Assembly (NCBI RefSeq): GCF_963853765.1
Contig: NC_088855.1
Location: 11,966,001 to 12,030,000 of the forward strand
DNA: 64,000 bases
Reading direction: 5' to 3'
Source: Magallana gigas
Lineage: Eukaryota
Part shown: in pieces, positions 13,178 through 26,300 of the stretch
How positions within the stretch are numbered: the first letter of the stretch is position 1
Layout of the letters: each line of letters starts with the position of its first letter
Translations under genes and position numbers: made by a program
The notes under the pieces: model-generated
What the model was told of the DNA's origin: nothing
What the model saw: only the letters and a program-made list of their open reading frames with translations
The model's database searches: none

Positions 13178-14709
13178 TACAACATTATCACCTTTATTAC
13201 GTTGTAAGCTCCCTGGGGATGGCCAAGCATAATTTGGGAGCACTACAAAATAATAACTGGCTATTCTCCTTTACTAAAATCCTTGGTTACTTGGTAATAT
13301 GGAAGACATAAGAGTCATCTTGATCTCAGCAATATTTATTAACATGAATAAACAAATTCTTCATTCAACATGTACAATAATATTTGATTGGTGGTGTCTA
13401 CCGTACAGCACAACACTAAAGGGGGGGGGGGGGGGAGGTGGATCTAACAGCTGCACAAACGGTAGTTCAGTAAAAAATAATAGTAAATCTGGTGTCCAGT
13501 GTGTTGGGAGATATTTGCTACAAGGATCCTCACCTAGATCTGTACTGGAATGGCTAGGGTGGAAAAAGGGGCGGATATACAACTTCTGGTTTTAAATATT
13601 GCCGCTTTACAACTTGCGAAATATCTGACGCCACTGAGCATCCGCCCATATATATAACCTTCGGAAGTATGTCACATGACAAGGATTAACCAATGGGATA
13701 ACTGTACGGCGACGTTCCACCATTCACGACAAAGTACGACGTCGTACAAATAAAACATGTGTCGTACTGTCAAACAACTTTTGTCGTACAAAGTGAAAAA
13801 TACACAAATACATGAATTTGGATTTATAATAGGTGATGATAAATAATACTGGTTACACTGGACATTCCTATTTAATGTAAGTAAACATTTTGTATTTAAA
13901 ACTTATATATTTCACAGAAGTTACTTCGTGATTTTACAGACGACACCATGCAGGGTTAAAAATAGCACGAGTTTTAAATACAAGTAATCAAGAATAAATA
14001 AGTACTTGAATGCATCACAATTATCATTAAATTGTTTAAGACAATTAATAAGACGTAAATACACAACTTTTATGGCATAAATAACAAGTTTGGCAAAATA
14101 CGAAACTAAGCCACAAAAGTCCGGTATGAAAACGAAAGTTGAGATGTAAACAAGTGCATGGCAGCAGGTGATTTAAAGGGGATAACGGCTGATATAAACA
14201 TTCGAAAAGGCTAGAAATATGATGATTAACTCAAGGAAATCATGCAAATTCACATGGTATGATACTTGATCCATGAAATGTAAAAATAAATGCAATCTAC
14301 ACTGCATTTGTCTCTGTTGACAAACGAGGTTGTTAAAAATTTATAAAATCCACCCGACCAATAGTTATCACAATGAAATAATAAATATACTATGAATATT
14401 CTCAGCAGGTCCTTACAACGTTTTCAAACAATTTACCTGTAGTCAATTTAAACATGCTTTTTAATTATAGGTACACGTATCATTTGATTAATTTCTTTTG
14501 TCTTTTCTCGCCCTTATATTTACTGTACCACAGTACGTACATGTATACACTATATTGTCAACGTATACCCTCTGTTACGGTAAAACACATATGCGACCTT
14601 TTATTAATGATCTTAAACTTGTGATAAATCTACCTAGAGACGTTTAAGTTATTAGTATATTAGGCCAAAAAAAAAAAAGAATATGTGTGTTTCCTATTTC
14701 ATGAAATTT

Positions 14710-14873
14710 NNNNNNNNNNNNNNNNNNNNNNNNNNNNNNNNNNNNNNNNNNNNNNNNNNNNNNNNNNNNNNNNNNNNNNNNNNNNNNNNNNNNNNNNNNN
14801 NNNNNNNNNNNNNNNNNNNNNNNNNNNNNNNNNNNNNNNNNNNNNNNNNNNNNNNNNNNNNNNNNNNNNNNNN
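14710..14873. other. Assembly gap (N run)
   Basis: 164 N characters, just inside the Zator TIR. Confidence 1.
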
Positions 14874-15658
14874 TTTTAATAATAATATAAGTATTCTGAC
14901 AACAACAAAACTCAACAAATTGAATAAACATGAGTTTAATATTTTAGCAATGAATATGGTAATTGTTAAATTTAATAAACAGTTGTAAAACAGTTGTTAT
15001 TTTCATAGAATAGTTGTCCTTATTTTAATGAGAACTTGAATGAAATTCATGAACAATGATTAGTTTTTCTTTCCATAGGGGCGCTGGATAAATGGCACCC
15101 TTCCATTTCCTTCACATGTTTTGCATAGCGGTAATACAGTTTTGTACTGTTTTTTTAATTCTGCATTTGTATCGGCTTCTGGTTCAGCACAAACAGAGCA
15201 GATATCTACTTGGCCTAAGCCGCTTCCATAATAGGCTAATTCAACATGTGAGTCACAGTTAATATTAAGTCTGCTCATAACTTTTTTTAGCTGCTCTCCC
15301 GATTTTTTTTTTTTTTTTTTTTTGGGAGAGGGCTACAACTCCATAGGATCTCCGTAATGGTGCAAGTGCGGGAGTGATTCACTCCCGCAACATTTTTGGT
15401 CTTTAAAGGCATTTGTATATTGTATTTAGTAAAATAAAATATTATTATGGATATAATTGACTGTGTATATTTATTTACTAGCCGCAACTCACAATTAATT
15501 GACTATATCCCACGGAAATACACAATTTTTCTCCAGTCCGATTTCTCGATTCATATCGGGCGCCATCTTTGCTGTATTGAAGCTGAATTTCCGGTTGTCA
15601 ATTTAAGTGCTTATTTGCATATGCCCATATAAGGTCGTGTTTACATCGCTCTTCTACA

Positions 15659-17708
15659 ATGGAGGAAATATACAAGAGGACATTGGCGAAGGTTTTAACG
15701 AAGTTTAAGTTCGAAATTAAGTTAAAGGAGGAACAACAGAGTGTTTTATTTAGTATTTTAGAGAAGAAGGATGTCTTTGCATTGCTACCAACTGGCTTTG
15801 GCAAGTCGATGACATACATTTTGATGCCATTGCTTGCAGACGAGGTAAGTGTGTGCTCGTTTTGTGCAGCTCGTTTATTTAATTCATTACTTTTATATAG
15901 AATCACAAATACGTGAATCGGAATATATACAGGCACGTAGCATCAGGGATGATGCCCCCTTCCTCTACTTTTTCTTTCAAATTTACATACAGATAATTTA
16001 ATTTGTAATAGAAAAACGCACCCACCCTTAAACAGGATTAAGATTTTCATGACCTCCTTCCCTTTTTTGCCTTTCAAGAATAATTTGATACTATGTGCCT
16101 TGTTATATTTAAAGAATAAATAAATGTATTTAGATTTCTTATATTACATTTTAATAAATAGGTCATTTGTTTTAGTTGAAGGGGGGAGCACCAAGCCACA
16201 CAGCGCTAGTTATTTCACCATTAAGAGCCTTAATGAGAGACCAGGTTGATTTTTTAGAACAGCATGATGTCAGTTCCATTGCTCTTATGGACACCACTCA
16301 AGTCAAAGGTGATTTTATATGTATACAACTATATCTATACATAGGAATGGTAAAGTTTGATTTTAATATGGAAATATAAATTATTCTGCATGATCATATA
16401 AAATCTAATAGTACTGTTTCCAAACAGTAAGTCCATATATATAGCATAAGATATTAAACTTTTACAGATGTTGCTGACAAGCATTACAGTGTGATTTTTG
16501 CATCACCAGAAGCAGCTATACACCAAAGATGGCGAAAAGTACTAAGGGATTGGCTGAAACCAAGAGTGTGTGTTCTAGTGTTTGATGAAGCTCACTGTAT
16601 TTCATCATGGTAATGACACATACACTTAATGTAAAATTTTGGCAACTGGATCTGAAAACATGCAATGTGCATTAGATCTAAAATGATGAATTATAAATCT
16701 GTTGTACATATTATGATTTTAGGGGACTGGACTTTAGACCAGCTTATCGGAAGGTAGCAGGATTACAGAGTGTTATCAATACCTGTACATTGGTACTTAC
16801 AGCAACAGCAACAAGAAAGATCCAAGAGGATATTTACATGACCCTTGGCTTTGAATCGGACACCACGAAAGTTGTTGCAGTCCTGCCGGATAGGTATGCA
16901 GGTTTATTGCCTAATTCCTTTTTTCTCTTTTATTTGACCACAATTAATTGTTATAATAATTCAAAGCTTAAAATTTCTCTTCCTTTACAGGCCAAATATT
17001 TTCTTGAACATGAAGAATTCAACAGAAAAATTTGAAGAAGAGTTGGATTGGATGGTAGAACACATAAAGGGAAATCAGAGTCAAAGAAAAATTTTGGTTT
17101 ATGTCAGATCAATTAACACATGTTATAACATCTATTTGTGGTTAATATCATCAATTAAGGACAGATTCTTTGTGCATGGAATGCCATCCCTGGAGAACAG
17201 AAGAATAGAAATGTATCATGCGAATACTGATGAAGAGAGCAAAAGCAGAATATTGACTGAATTTTTGAAGCCTTCAGGAAATGTGCAAGTTGTCATTTCT
17301 ACAGTTGCTTTTGGAATGGGGATTAATATCCCTGATGTTGATATTGTAGTTCACTGGGGGCTGCCCACTTCATGTTTAAGCTACTGGCAAGAAGTTGGAC
17401 GATGTGCAAGGGACAGCAGAGTTGGACATGCAGTATGTTATGGGTTCAAAAGAAGTGTATCCAAATGTGAGGACGAAATGAAAGACATTATAAAACTCAA
17501 CTCATGTGTCCGTTTATCAGTACTGAAGAATTTCCATCTGCGTGGAATGAGTACCAGTGATTTTGATACCATGAAGGAGAACATCATTTGCAATGGTGAT
17601 TGTGAGGAAGTTTGCAATTGCAAGAAATGCAAATGTTGCAGTGTGTGCAGCAACCTTTGCAACTGCCCCCGCCGCTCAAAAGACCACCTGCTATCATTCT
17701 TGACTTAA
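15659..17708 (+). CDS. RecQ-like superfamily-2 helicase of the AcademH element; 449 aa, frame intact
   Basis: Exons 15659-15844, 16176-16308, 16468-16609, 16723-16893, 16991-17708 (1350 nt). Motifs LPTGFGKS, VISPLRALMRDQV, ASPE, FDEAHCISSWGLDFRPAY, LTATAT, STVAFGMGIN and QEVGRCAR. Cys-rich tail, no HRDC domain seen. Confidence 0.93.
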
Positions 17709-17924
17709 TTCTTTGGTTGTACATGATAAAATTTGTGACTGCATGTACCTTACTTTTGTATGACATTAAATGATTGCATTAGATTTCCTCTTTTTTTTTT
17801 ATCATTGTATCTTTGTAACATTATCATTTGTTCTAACTTTAACTGGCTTGGTGGTGCATGTACATGTATTACATATTATAAACTTGAACAAGGCTCAATG
17901 TGTCCCTTTATTTAATTTGATATA

Positions 17925-18141
17925 CTGTGGAATCATTAAAATTCGGGGGGCCAATTTTCATGGATTGCTTAATTTTAACAGGTTCATGGGGACGTAATTT
18001 CGTGGATTTTTGTATACATGCAATAGGATTATGACTATATAGCTCTAATTTGTTAATTCGTGGGGGATGTTAATTCGTGGATGAGAGGTACCCATGAATT
18101 CCACGAAAATTGAGCCACCACGAAATGTAATGATTCCACAG
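17925..18141. mobile_element. 217-bp MITE with TA TSD (Tc1/mariner-type) inside AcademHP
   Basis: TIR CTGTGGAATCATTA ... TAATGATTCCACAG, flanked by TA at 17923-17924 and 18142-18143. Confidence 0.8.
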
Positions 18142-18841
18142 TATGTCTGTCTTACCGGTAATTTGTCACTTAATATTAAAGCAATTGACACATTGGAATA
18201 GAGTATTTAATCAGCAGGAAATTACTTGATTCTGAAAGATAGCATACTATATAAATGTAGGAGGGAATAAAATGCAATTTTAGATGAAATTTAAAAAAAA
18301 TTAACAAAAGTCCTAGGCAGATTCAAACTCATGATCTGCAGTGTACAAGCTCGGGACCAAGATTGTAAATTTGAAGATAATTGGATTGACAAATTATTTA
18401 CTTACTGTTCTTCTAACCTTATTATATTAGACTTAAGGTAGAATGATTTTTTAATTTCCCCATACTACTTTTAATAGTAAACAATCAATAAATCTACATG
18501 CCCCACCCCACCGTGGAAAATTTTACTTCTGATCTAATTAAAACTTTGCAAAAGTTACAGATAACAGCTAGGTGCAATAATGCATTTTTCATATCACGGG
18601 GCCATTCTTTTGATTTGATAAATGATAATTCATCGTTTGTCATAATAATGGAAATGCTTGTCATAGAAAACACACATAAAATTCCAACCAATTTTATTCA
18701 AATATTTTTAGAATAGGTAAAATGATTATCTGCTAATGGATCTTTGCCAATAACAAAAGATTCTGTTGTAAATTTTGTAAAAGCCATTCGATCAGACTGT
18801 TCAAACACACTGTCATGAAAACAAATTAAGACATTCATGAT

Positions 18842-21800
18842 TTAATTTCTCTGCATTTGGATAGTAATTTCCCTATGATTTGCAAGTTCTTTTCTTAGTC
18901 TGATGAGTCTTTTCCTGAATGCACTGGCTGAGATTCTCTTAAACAAGACATGTGTAACGTCTGGGAAAGACTTAAAGTGTCGGCCCGGGGTTGTTGTGAA
19001 GATCTCTTCATTGCTCATCATAGAGACGAATTCAATAATATCACTTTCTCTGCTAGGGGTACTGGTTGTCTGTACAGTAGACCTCTGCATGGAAGCCACC
19101 TGCTTCTCATACACACTTCCAATGACTTTACCAACACCCACCATCTGGCTATGTCTGGCAATTGTGGCCTCAGTTAGTTGCCCTGCAGCATCTTTGACAC
19201 TTTCTTCATAGAACATGTAAAAAACAGGAAGTCATCATTAACAATATGTTATCCTAAAATCTATTTATAAGAGAAGAAGAATAGGTAATTGTAAATACAT
19301 GTACCTTTGTACTCTTTATTAAAGAACTCCATCTGTAGATCCATTTCCAGATTTTTTCCAGGTCCACCATTTGGATTAACTGTTCTATTCCACGTAAGTG
19401 AGTGCTGGAGTCTGGGGCTAACAGCTCCACTAATTGCTGACAATAGTTGATGACAAACATGGAAATACTTAGGATGATTGTGCTCGTAGAAATTCAACAA
19501 GTCAAATCTCCAATGCATAATGATGCGTTTCCCATCATTTTCCCGCAAGGCATCACGGCGTACTTTCTGGTTCAAACCATGCCACATAACTCTCAAAGCA
19601 TAACATTTTTTATGGTCTGTCAGGTTGTCAGCAACTGTTGCTCTCTTCTTCTTTCCATGTTGGTAGTTCTTGCATTCCAATGAACACCACCAGTTTCCAT
19701 CAGGCACATCATCTTCTTCAAGACCTAAACAGTCTAAGTGGAACCATCCCCCAAACATGCAGTCCTTGTTTGCACAGTATACCATTCCTGGATCTTGATG
19801 GGTTGACCTGCATACACAAATTTCATTTTCTGCTTCCGGGTCATTGCTTTGGTCTTGTAGAATGTGTTTTACGTATGGCTGAGTTGACAGAAACACCATA
19901 TCTACAATTTTTCCTGACACATCATGAAGGAAATGCATTTGTTTGTCTTCAGTATTTGGGAAAGAATTTGGAATATCATTCAAACTCTGCATGTTCAGAA
20001 CATGCATAGCAGCCAATACAACATATCCATTTGTTGCAAATTCTAAAAACTCTTCATCGTGATTAAACGATTGCTTGACATTGCTTGTCACATTACGATG
20101 GTTGAAGTAGTTCTTCAGCTAAAAGAGGGTGCCTATTTCTCTTCCACTGGAACCTTTGTACATCTCATCAAAAATGTCCTAAAAGAATAATGCATCAAAT
20201 TATTTGGTGATTAAACATAAAGATTTTACTTCTTCAAAAGTAATTATTCAAACTGAACGCATATTTTAAGCATCAAAATTAATGGTCACTTCACAGTAAT
20301 TAATAGCTGAGACAAATGCTGTTTTTTTATTACCTGTAACAAAAGACATCTCTTATGCCATTCTTGTATGTTCATTTGCAAGCCTTTAAGCTGTTTCCAT
20401 GCAGTATTCCCGTTTATTCTGGCATTCTGAGCATTGTTACCCCTTTCAACACTTAGGCCATCTGCATGTAAGAGAAGTTTGAAAGGTTGTCCATTTGGCT
20501 TCAGTGGAACATATTTGTGATACTCCTCAAGGATGTCTATGGTATCTGAAACTCTGCTTTCATCCTTATCCAGAACACCAATTGGGACCTGCAATTGAAT
20601 TAATATTGTGAAGTTGCAATTTGTAAAAAGGGTTTACACATGTTTATAAATTAAAAAGTAAAATATAAACTGACCAGTTGACTTTTTGCTGCAGACACAT
20701 CTGAGTATCTATGTTGGATGTGCCAGTTAATAGCACTTGCCAAAGGTTTTAAGATGGGAATGTATTCACACAGAATCCTGTGGACAATTGTGGTTAATTC
20801 AAACCGAAGATCAACTTCATCCATCTCAGATGGGAGGTAGTTTTCTAAAGGAATGGCCTTTATTCTTTCTGGTAATGGTACGTCATCACTTAGATGAAGA
20901 GTTGGTACTCTATCCCGTGCTGCATACCCTTGAACCATATTAAACATTTTATTTTTGGCATCCCTTGTTTGATGTCTGACAGTGGTTCTTTGGTTTACAT
21001 TATCAAAACATAGGGAAAATCCACACCGACCTGAAATTAGAGTGATAGAAATTTTCATCCTCTATTTATTCAGTTTTCACAGATATCAAAATATTCAGAA
21101 CAATTATAATTAGATGTCGCATAAATGTAAAGAAATTTTAATTGCATAATAGTAGGTTAAGTACTGTTATTACTCATCATGCATTGGTTAAATACTAGGA
21201 TTTTTCTCATTCAATCATGAAATTCTCACCTTTTGGCAAAGACCTGTCACTTAAGGACATGCTTTCCTCTGAAGTACTTTTTGTTAAATTTACATCCAAG
21301 TCTGAAATAAAAAATGATGCAGGTATACATATGAACCAACATGTACTTCACCAATATTCAAATCTAATTCAATGGATTGTCTTATTCTAAACAGATCATA
21401 ACAATATTAACCTTCATTTGGTTGCTGCATTTGTGGCTGAAAATATTCTCTCCTTGCGGGTGGTCTTTGAGGGGATGAAGCCGCTGATGAAGGGAAAGAA
21501 TCAACAGATAGGGTTGCTTCACTGTCAGCATATGGAATGGTATAAGCACCCGAGACTGAGCTGTCTGATCTAAGTCCAAGCAAATAGTCACAAATTTCAG
21601 TTTTCCACTTGAAAACTTCAGTGTCATAGCTAGATCTGATTCGGTCTAGGTAGCTTCTGGTTCCCTTTATTCCCACGCACAGCCCCAGATGATTTAATCT
21701 GTTAAACATCTGAAAAAGCATAGGTAAAAATATGATATAGCTGGTAAAATCAAGAAACAAAACAAATAAAATTATATACAACAGAAAATGTTACCTAAAA

Positions 21801-23312
21801 TGGAGAAATGCTATCCAGGACTTATACACAAATAAATGAAAATGAAACCACAATTTTGCAAAATAGTGGTTTGAACATGTTGTATATATGATATACAATG
21901 TGTATGAACATAAGTTCGGGCAATTTACTAGGTTCTTACCTTAAATAGTTTTTACATAAAGAAGTTTAAACATTTTGGTAGAAATTTTTCCTACCTCTCG
22001 TTGACAGCCAGCAAGCCACATTTGAACAGAATTCAACTCTTGAAAGTAGTTCATAGATTTCGGCTTTCTCTGAAATGCCAGGATTGAACCAAGTGTGCCA
22101 ATGACAGGTTTGGCTGACATACATGGCTTTGATGCGAGGCCAAAGTGATGTACAGACTTTTCTGTTGTTAGGGCTCCAATTAGGACACTCGACAGTATCG
22201 GACATTGTTTGCTTAATTCAGTAAACTGCTTCTCCCAGTCGAATTCACCAATTTCTTCCACAGTTTTTCCACCCTTGAATGGTGATGTCTGGTTTCTGCA
22301 TAAGCAGATCATTTCCATCCGAACTGCACGTTGGGCAAAGGCAATGACAGATTTCTTGAACCCTGTTCTGGCCTTAATGAGCAGTGATAACCCCCTGGTG
22401 TACTTTCTCTGTCTAATGCAATTCAGTGCTTTGTGGACTTCCCTTTCAGGCATAGATAACTAAAATGTGTAAAGATATTGATTGTATATCTGGTATAAAA
22501 TACAGATATTTTGCATCCCTGATTAACAAGCCTTAAGTCTTATTAATATGTTAACACAACATTTTCATTTTGTAACATTAATTTGCATGAATTATTTGGG
22601 GGGAAAAAGAGAGAGAAAAAAACAATGATATATTGCAAAATCTGTATAACATCTGTTTAACTTGTTTATCATAGTTAGATATCATTGAATACTAGTTAGT
22701 TTGTAAAATATATATAGCTTAATTATATCTAATAGTCTCTAAAAGAAAATAAGAACCTGTGAATCATTAAAAGATTTTTTTAATTTTTAAAATCAATTTG
22801 TAATAAATTTACCTGTTTCCTTTTCTTTGGCAATGCCTGGGAAGTAACCATATCTTGCTCCTATAATTTAATCATGTATGAAATTATCTGTTTAATAAAC
22901 ATGAATAACTTTTTCTGACAAAATGGAAAGTTGAGAAAAAAAATACTTTTCTAGGCGAAGTGACTCTCATCCTCTTAATTTTTCGGGGAGTAGGCACCGG
23001 GCTTCTTATTTTCTTAGCTAGGTAAGTAAGCTCTCCGTGTTCCTTGATTCTGACCATAGCCTCCCTCTTTGCTGCGGATGATTTTGCCATTGACACTACT
23101 GCCCATGAACATGCTGAGCAGAGAAAACGCTGGCGTTTTTGTTCGGGACTTAAAACGATGTCGAATTCCTCTTCAATCAAATCCTGTAGAGTTTTATTGA
23201 CCTTATTAATGACGGCAGTTGATTTTAAACTTTTTCTGCCGCCAATAGACTTTCCTTTCTTTGTCGGAAAGGTTTTACCGCAGTTACAGCACTGATAATT
23301 ACTTGTATCCAT
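18842..23312 (-). pseudogene. Academ transposase with embedded PHD finger (1,031 codons, one nonsense codon)
   Basis: Nine phase-compatible exons: 23312-22947, 22860-22813, 22459-21995, 21709-21412, 21301-21230, 21030-20675, 20588-20334, 20178-19305, 19203-18842. Motifs CFDNVN, HADGLSVER, QEWHKR and NLEMDLQMEFFNKEYK. PHD C-x-C..C..C..WFH..C..WWC..C. In-frame TAG at 20119-20121 (GTLF*LKN). Confidence 0.87.
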
Positions 23313-26300
23313 CTTTTTAACTCATTTTCTCGCCGTTTTTCAACATTGTTTTGGTTCTGTGGTGTGCGCTTCCAAATATAGACAAGCTCCGCCTCTTCCG
23401 CCTACGAGATCTCGCGATAACAAGTATGGCGGTCTAGACGAACAGTTTATGTAGTTCTACACGGATTTTTTTTCAAAAGCTACTTTATTAGACGTACCCA
23501 TATAAAAAGTTTGTACTCTAAGTAATCTATATAGCATTCGTAACATTTGTAATAAGATAAATATTGGATTTTCGATATTTATTTTTGCACCATTACGGAG
23601 ATCCTATGGAATTGTAGCCCTCTCCAGTAAACATCAGATATAAAAAATCGGAGAGGGCTACATTATTGCAGCTAAACTTTTTTAGACATTGAGTTGGTGG
23701 GTGGCAATAAAGGACTTCCACATGTGTATTCATATTCACTGATTGAAATAGTGAAAGACATTATTTGCCTCTCTGTCAGTTTGTGATGACTGTACACTAC
23801 ACGTGGCTTTCTACACTCAACACATTCAACTATAGCTCTTGCATTTTGTGTAATGCAAAGGTGTGCATCAGGAGTTGGTACTTCAAATTCCTCTTCTTCA
23901 AAAATATCATTCACAGGATTTGACGTGGTTACATTCACAGTAGCTCTAAGGTTCAGTTTCTTTTCTTTGATCGGTTTTGCTTTTAAAGAAGGTCTGTCTG
24001 ATTCATTTGTTTCTGTTCCTTTGACTTCATTGTAGGATTTGTAATGATCTTTAGTCTCATTTAGAACTGGATCAGGTAACCACTGCATTTGCTCATCTCT
24101 CAAGCGTGGAGGAAGACAACAGTTCTCATCTCTGCATTTTCTTATTTGAAACGTGTATTGTCTACTTCTACAATGAGTTTCAATCCACTTCTGATAACTC
24201 TCAACTTTACTTGTGTGCACTTTTTGTAATTTTGTCAAATCAAGATTTGGGAAAAGTTATCTAAGATGGCGCTTCAAAATATCAATTTCTTGGTCACTAA
24301 CTGGATCTAGGGCCTTTACTGGATCATCTTTTAACTTCAATCTCAAGAAACGGTTCCGGAGCACTGATGCAACTGGCTCAACTGATTCTATCCATGCAGT
24401 TTTTACTTCTGGAGTCTTCTCGGCAAGATTTCTTACATCTGCCATACTGTTGCAGCTTTTCAGAACTTTATTCATTTTTTCTGTTGACTCTTTACGTTCT
24501 AATGCTACATTTTGCAGAGCCAAGTTTAGAATGCTCATAACTCTCTCAGCAGGGTTAACATAACTGTGACCGGGTGCACATCTTGCCAATATCATCATGT
24601 CAAGATTCATTTCCTTAAATACACAAATTGAAGCACACTTCACACTTTCAAGTGTATTTCTCTGATCAGTTCCACCATCTGTGAATTTAAGCAATGTATA
24701 AGGAAAATGTCCCTGTTGTTCAAAGGCTTTTATAATGGAAACTGCATGACGAAACGGAGATGACATTTGAAAAACAGAATCATTAACTGTCACTGTTACT
24801 TGACCACGGACAAATGAGTCATTAATGCTACCAGGAATTTTACAGTGCAAAATAACTGAGGGGGTCAAGGATGCTTTAGTCATGTCATGATCTAAAGATA
24901 CTAAAGTGGAACTTGATGGCACTATGGTTTTCTTCCCCCTCACACCTGTTGAAACTGGACTTCCAGGTTCTCCAATACTCACTTTTGCCTTATCGTCACA
25001 GAACAATAAAGCACAATGCTCTCTCATCTCAATTGCCATCTCTTTAAGATATCTGAATTGTGCATTGCAATAGTGATCATCTGGATGGTCAATGCGAAGC
25101 TGTCTTCTTTGCACTTTATACTGCACATCAATCTTTCCTGTAAAGTTCAATGCAGACCTTGCATAAGGGTTCCTAGGGGCAAATTGTAACCTCACCAAGC
25201 TTTTTGATGGAATATCAGTGCCCTCTGGACAAGATTTGGCTGTTTTCTCAACCATTTCTTCCAATGAGATAAATTCTGATAAATGTGCTGTCCCATGCCG
25301 TCTATCGTCTGCAGCTGTAATCTTTTCTACCTCTTTTGATAAGGTTTCAAAGAAAACATCAAATTTGTTGTTTGGTCTTCCTGGGTTGAGCACTCTTAAA
25401 TCAGGAATGAGGTCATTCTGACCAAGAAAAATAAGTCTAAGTCTCTCTTGGGTTACAGGGTGTTCTGCTGCAGAAAAATCCAATGCCAGCTCTTGATAAA
25501 TGAGATTTGCAACAGATGGTAATACAGAAGCAACATTTTTCAGTTTTTCTTTAAACAATCGTCTCTGAGCTCGTGTATGATATTCTTTCAAATTTGGTCT
25601 GACAGTTTGTAGTAATCGAGCACCTTGTGTCAACATTTCAGCGTTTGATCTATTTTGATTGGAAACTTGGACTATACAGACTGTTGAGACTGACGATCCA
25701 CCAGGACTAAAACGAATGATATCAACAGGACATTTCAACTGAAGATCTTGAAAATAGCGGAATCGCTCCAAGTTACTTTCAAAAGGCTTATCCAAATGTT
25801 TGTATTCGTCAAAAACCACTGGTGCCATAATTCCAGCACTGGTTACAGCTTCATTTATGTCCACATATTTCTCTCTAATTTGACCTGACAAATTACCATA
25901 TCTGTGTTCAATGGTGGCTTCTTTGTCAATGGTCCGAACAGGATACAACTTACTCTGATTTTCCTGGGCAGTTTTATTCTGAACAACTAGATATTCTTTG
26001 TAAGCAGTAAAACATTCTGCTAACTGCTTAATATCTTCTGCACCTTGATTCCAAGAGACTGAACTATTGACCACAGGCTTCATCAGTAAAGAATATAGAG
26101 CCTGTGCATGGCTATCAAGAAGTGATGCAGACAATGGACAGGATTTTAGTTTTTTCCTTTTTACTTCGTTATATCCATCGTAGTCATTAAAGATATTTGG
26201 AACTGGCAGTAGAGTTTGTTTCCTTAGTGAGGCATCATTTATTGTTTGATGATGATTAGTGACGTACCACAATGCATTGCAGAGAACCTGAAATAAGTAG

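Larger units (their letters stand above)
15288..23674. mobile_element. AcademH/AcademHP DNA transposon (helicase + PHD-containing transposase)
   Basis: TAGCTGC...GCAGCTA termini. 9-bp TSD AACTTTTTT (15279-15287, 23675-23683). Shared subterminal IR GGAGAGGGCTACAA(C/T)TCCATAGGATCTCCGTAATGGTGCAA (15325-15365 / 23584-23624). Two convergent genes. Confidence 0.92.

Noticed and set aside
12495-14988. ORFs containing X runs
   Set aside because: Artefacts of translating N gaps.
15659-17708. RecQ helicase as a host DNA-repair gene or a horizontally acquired bacterial recQ
   Set aside because: It has spliceosomal introns, lacks HRDC, and lies inside TSD-flanked Academ termini.
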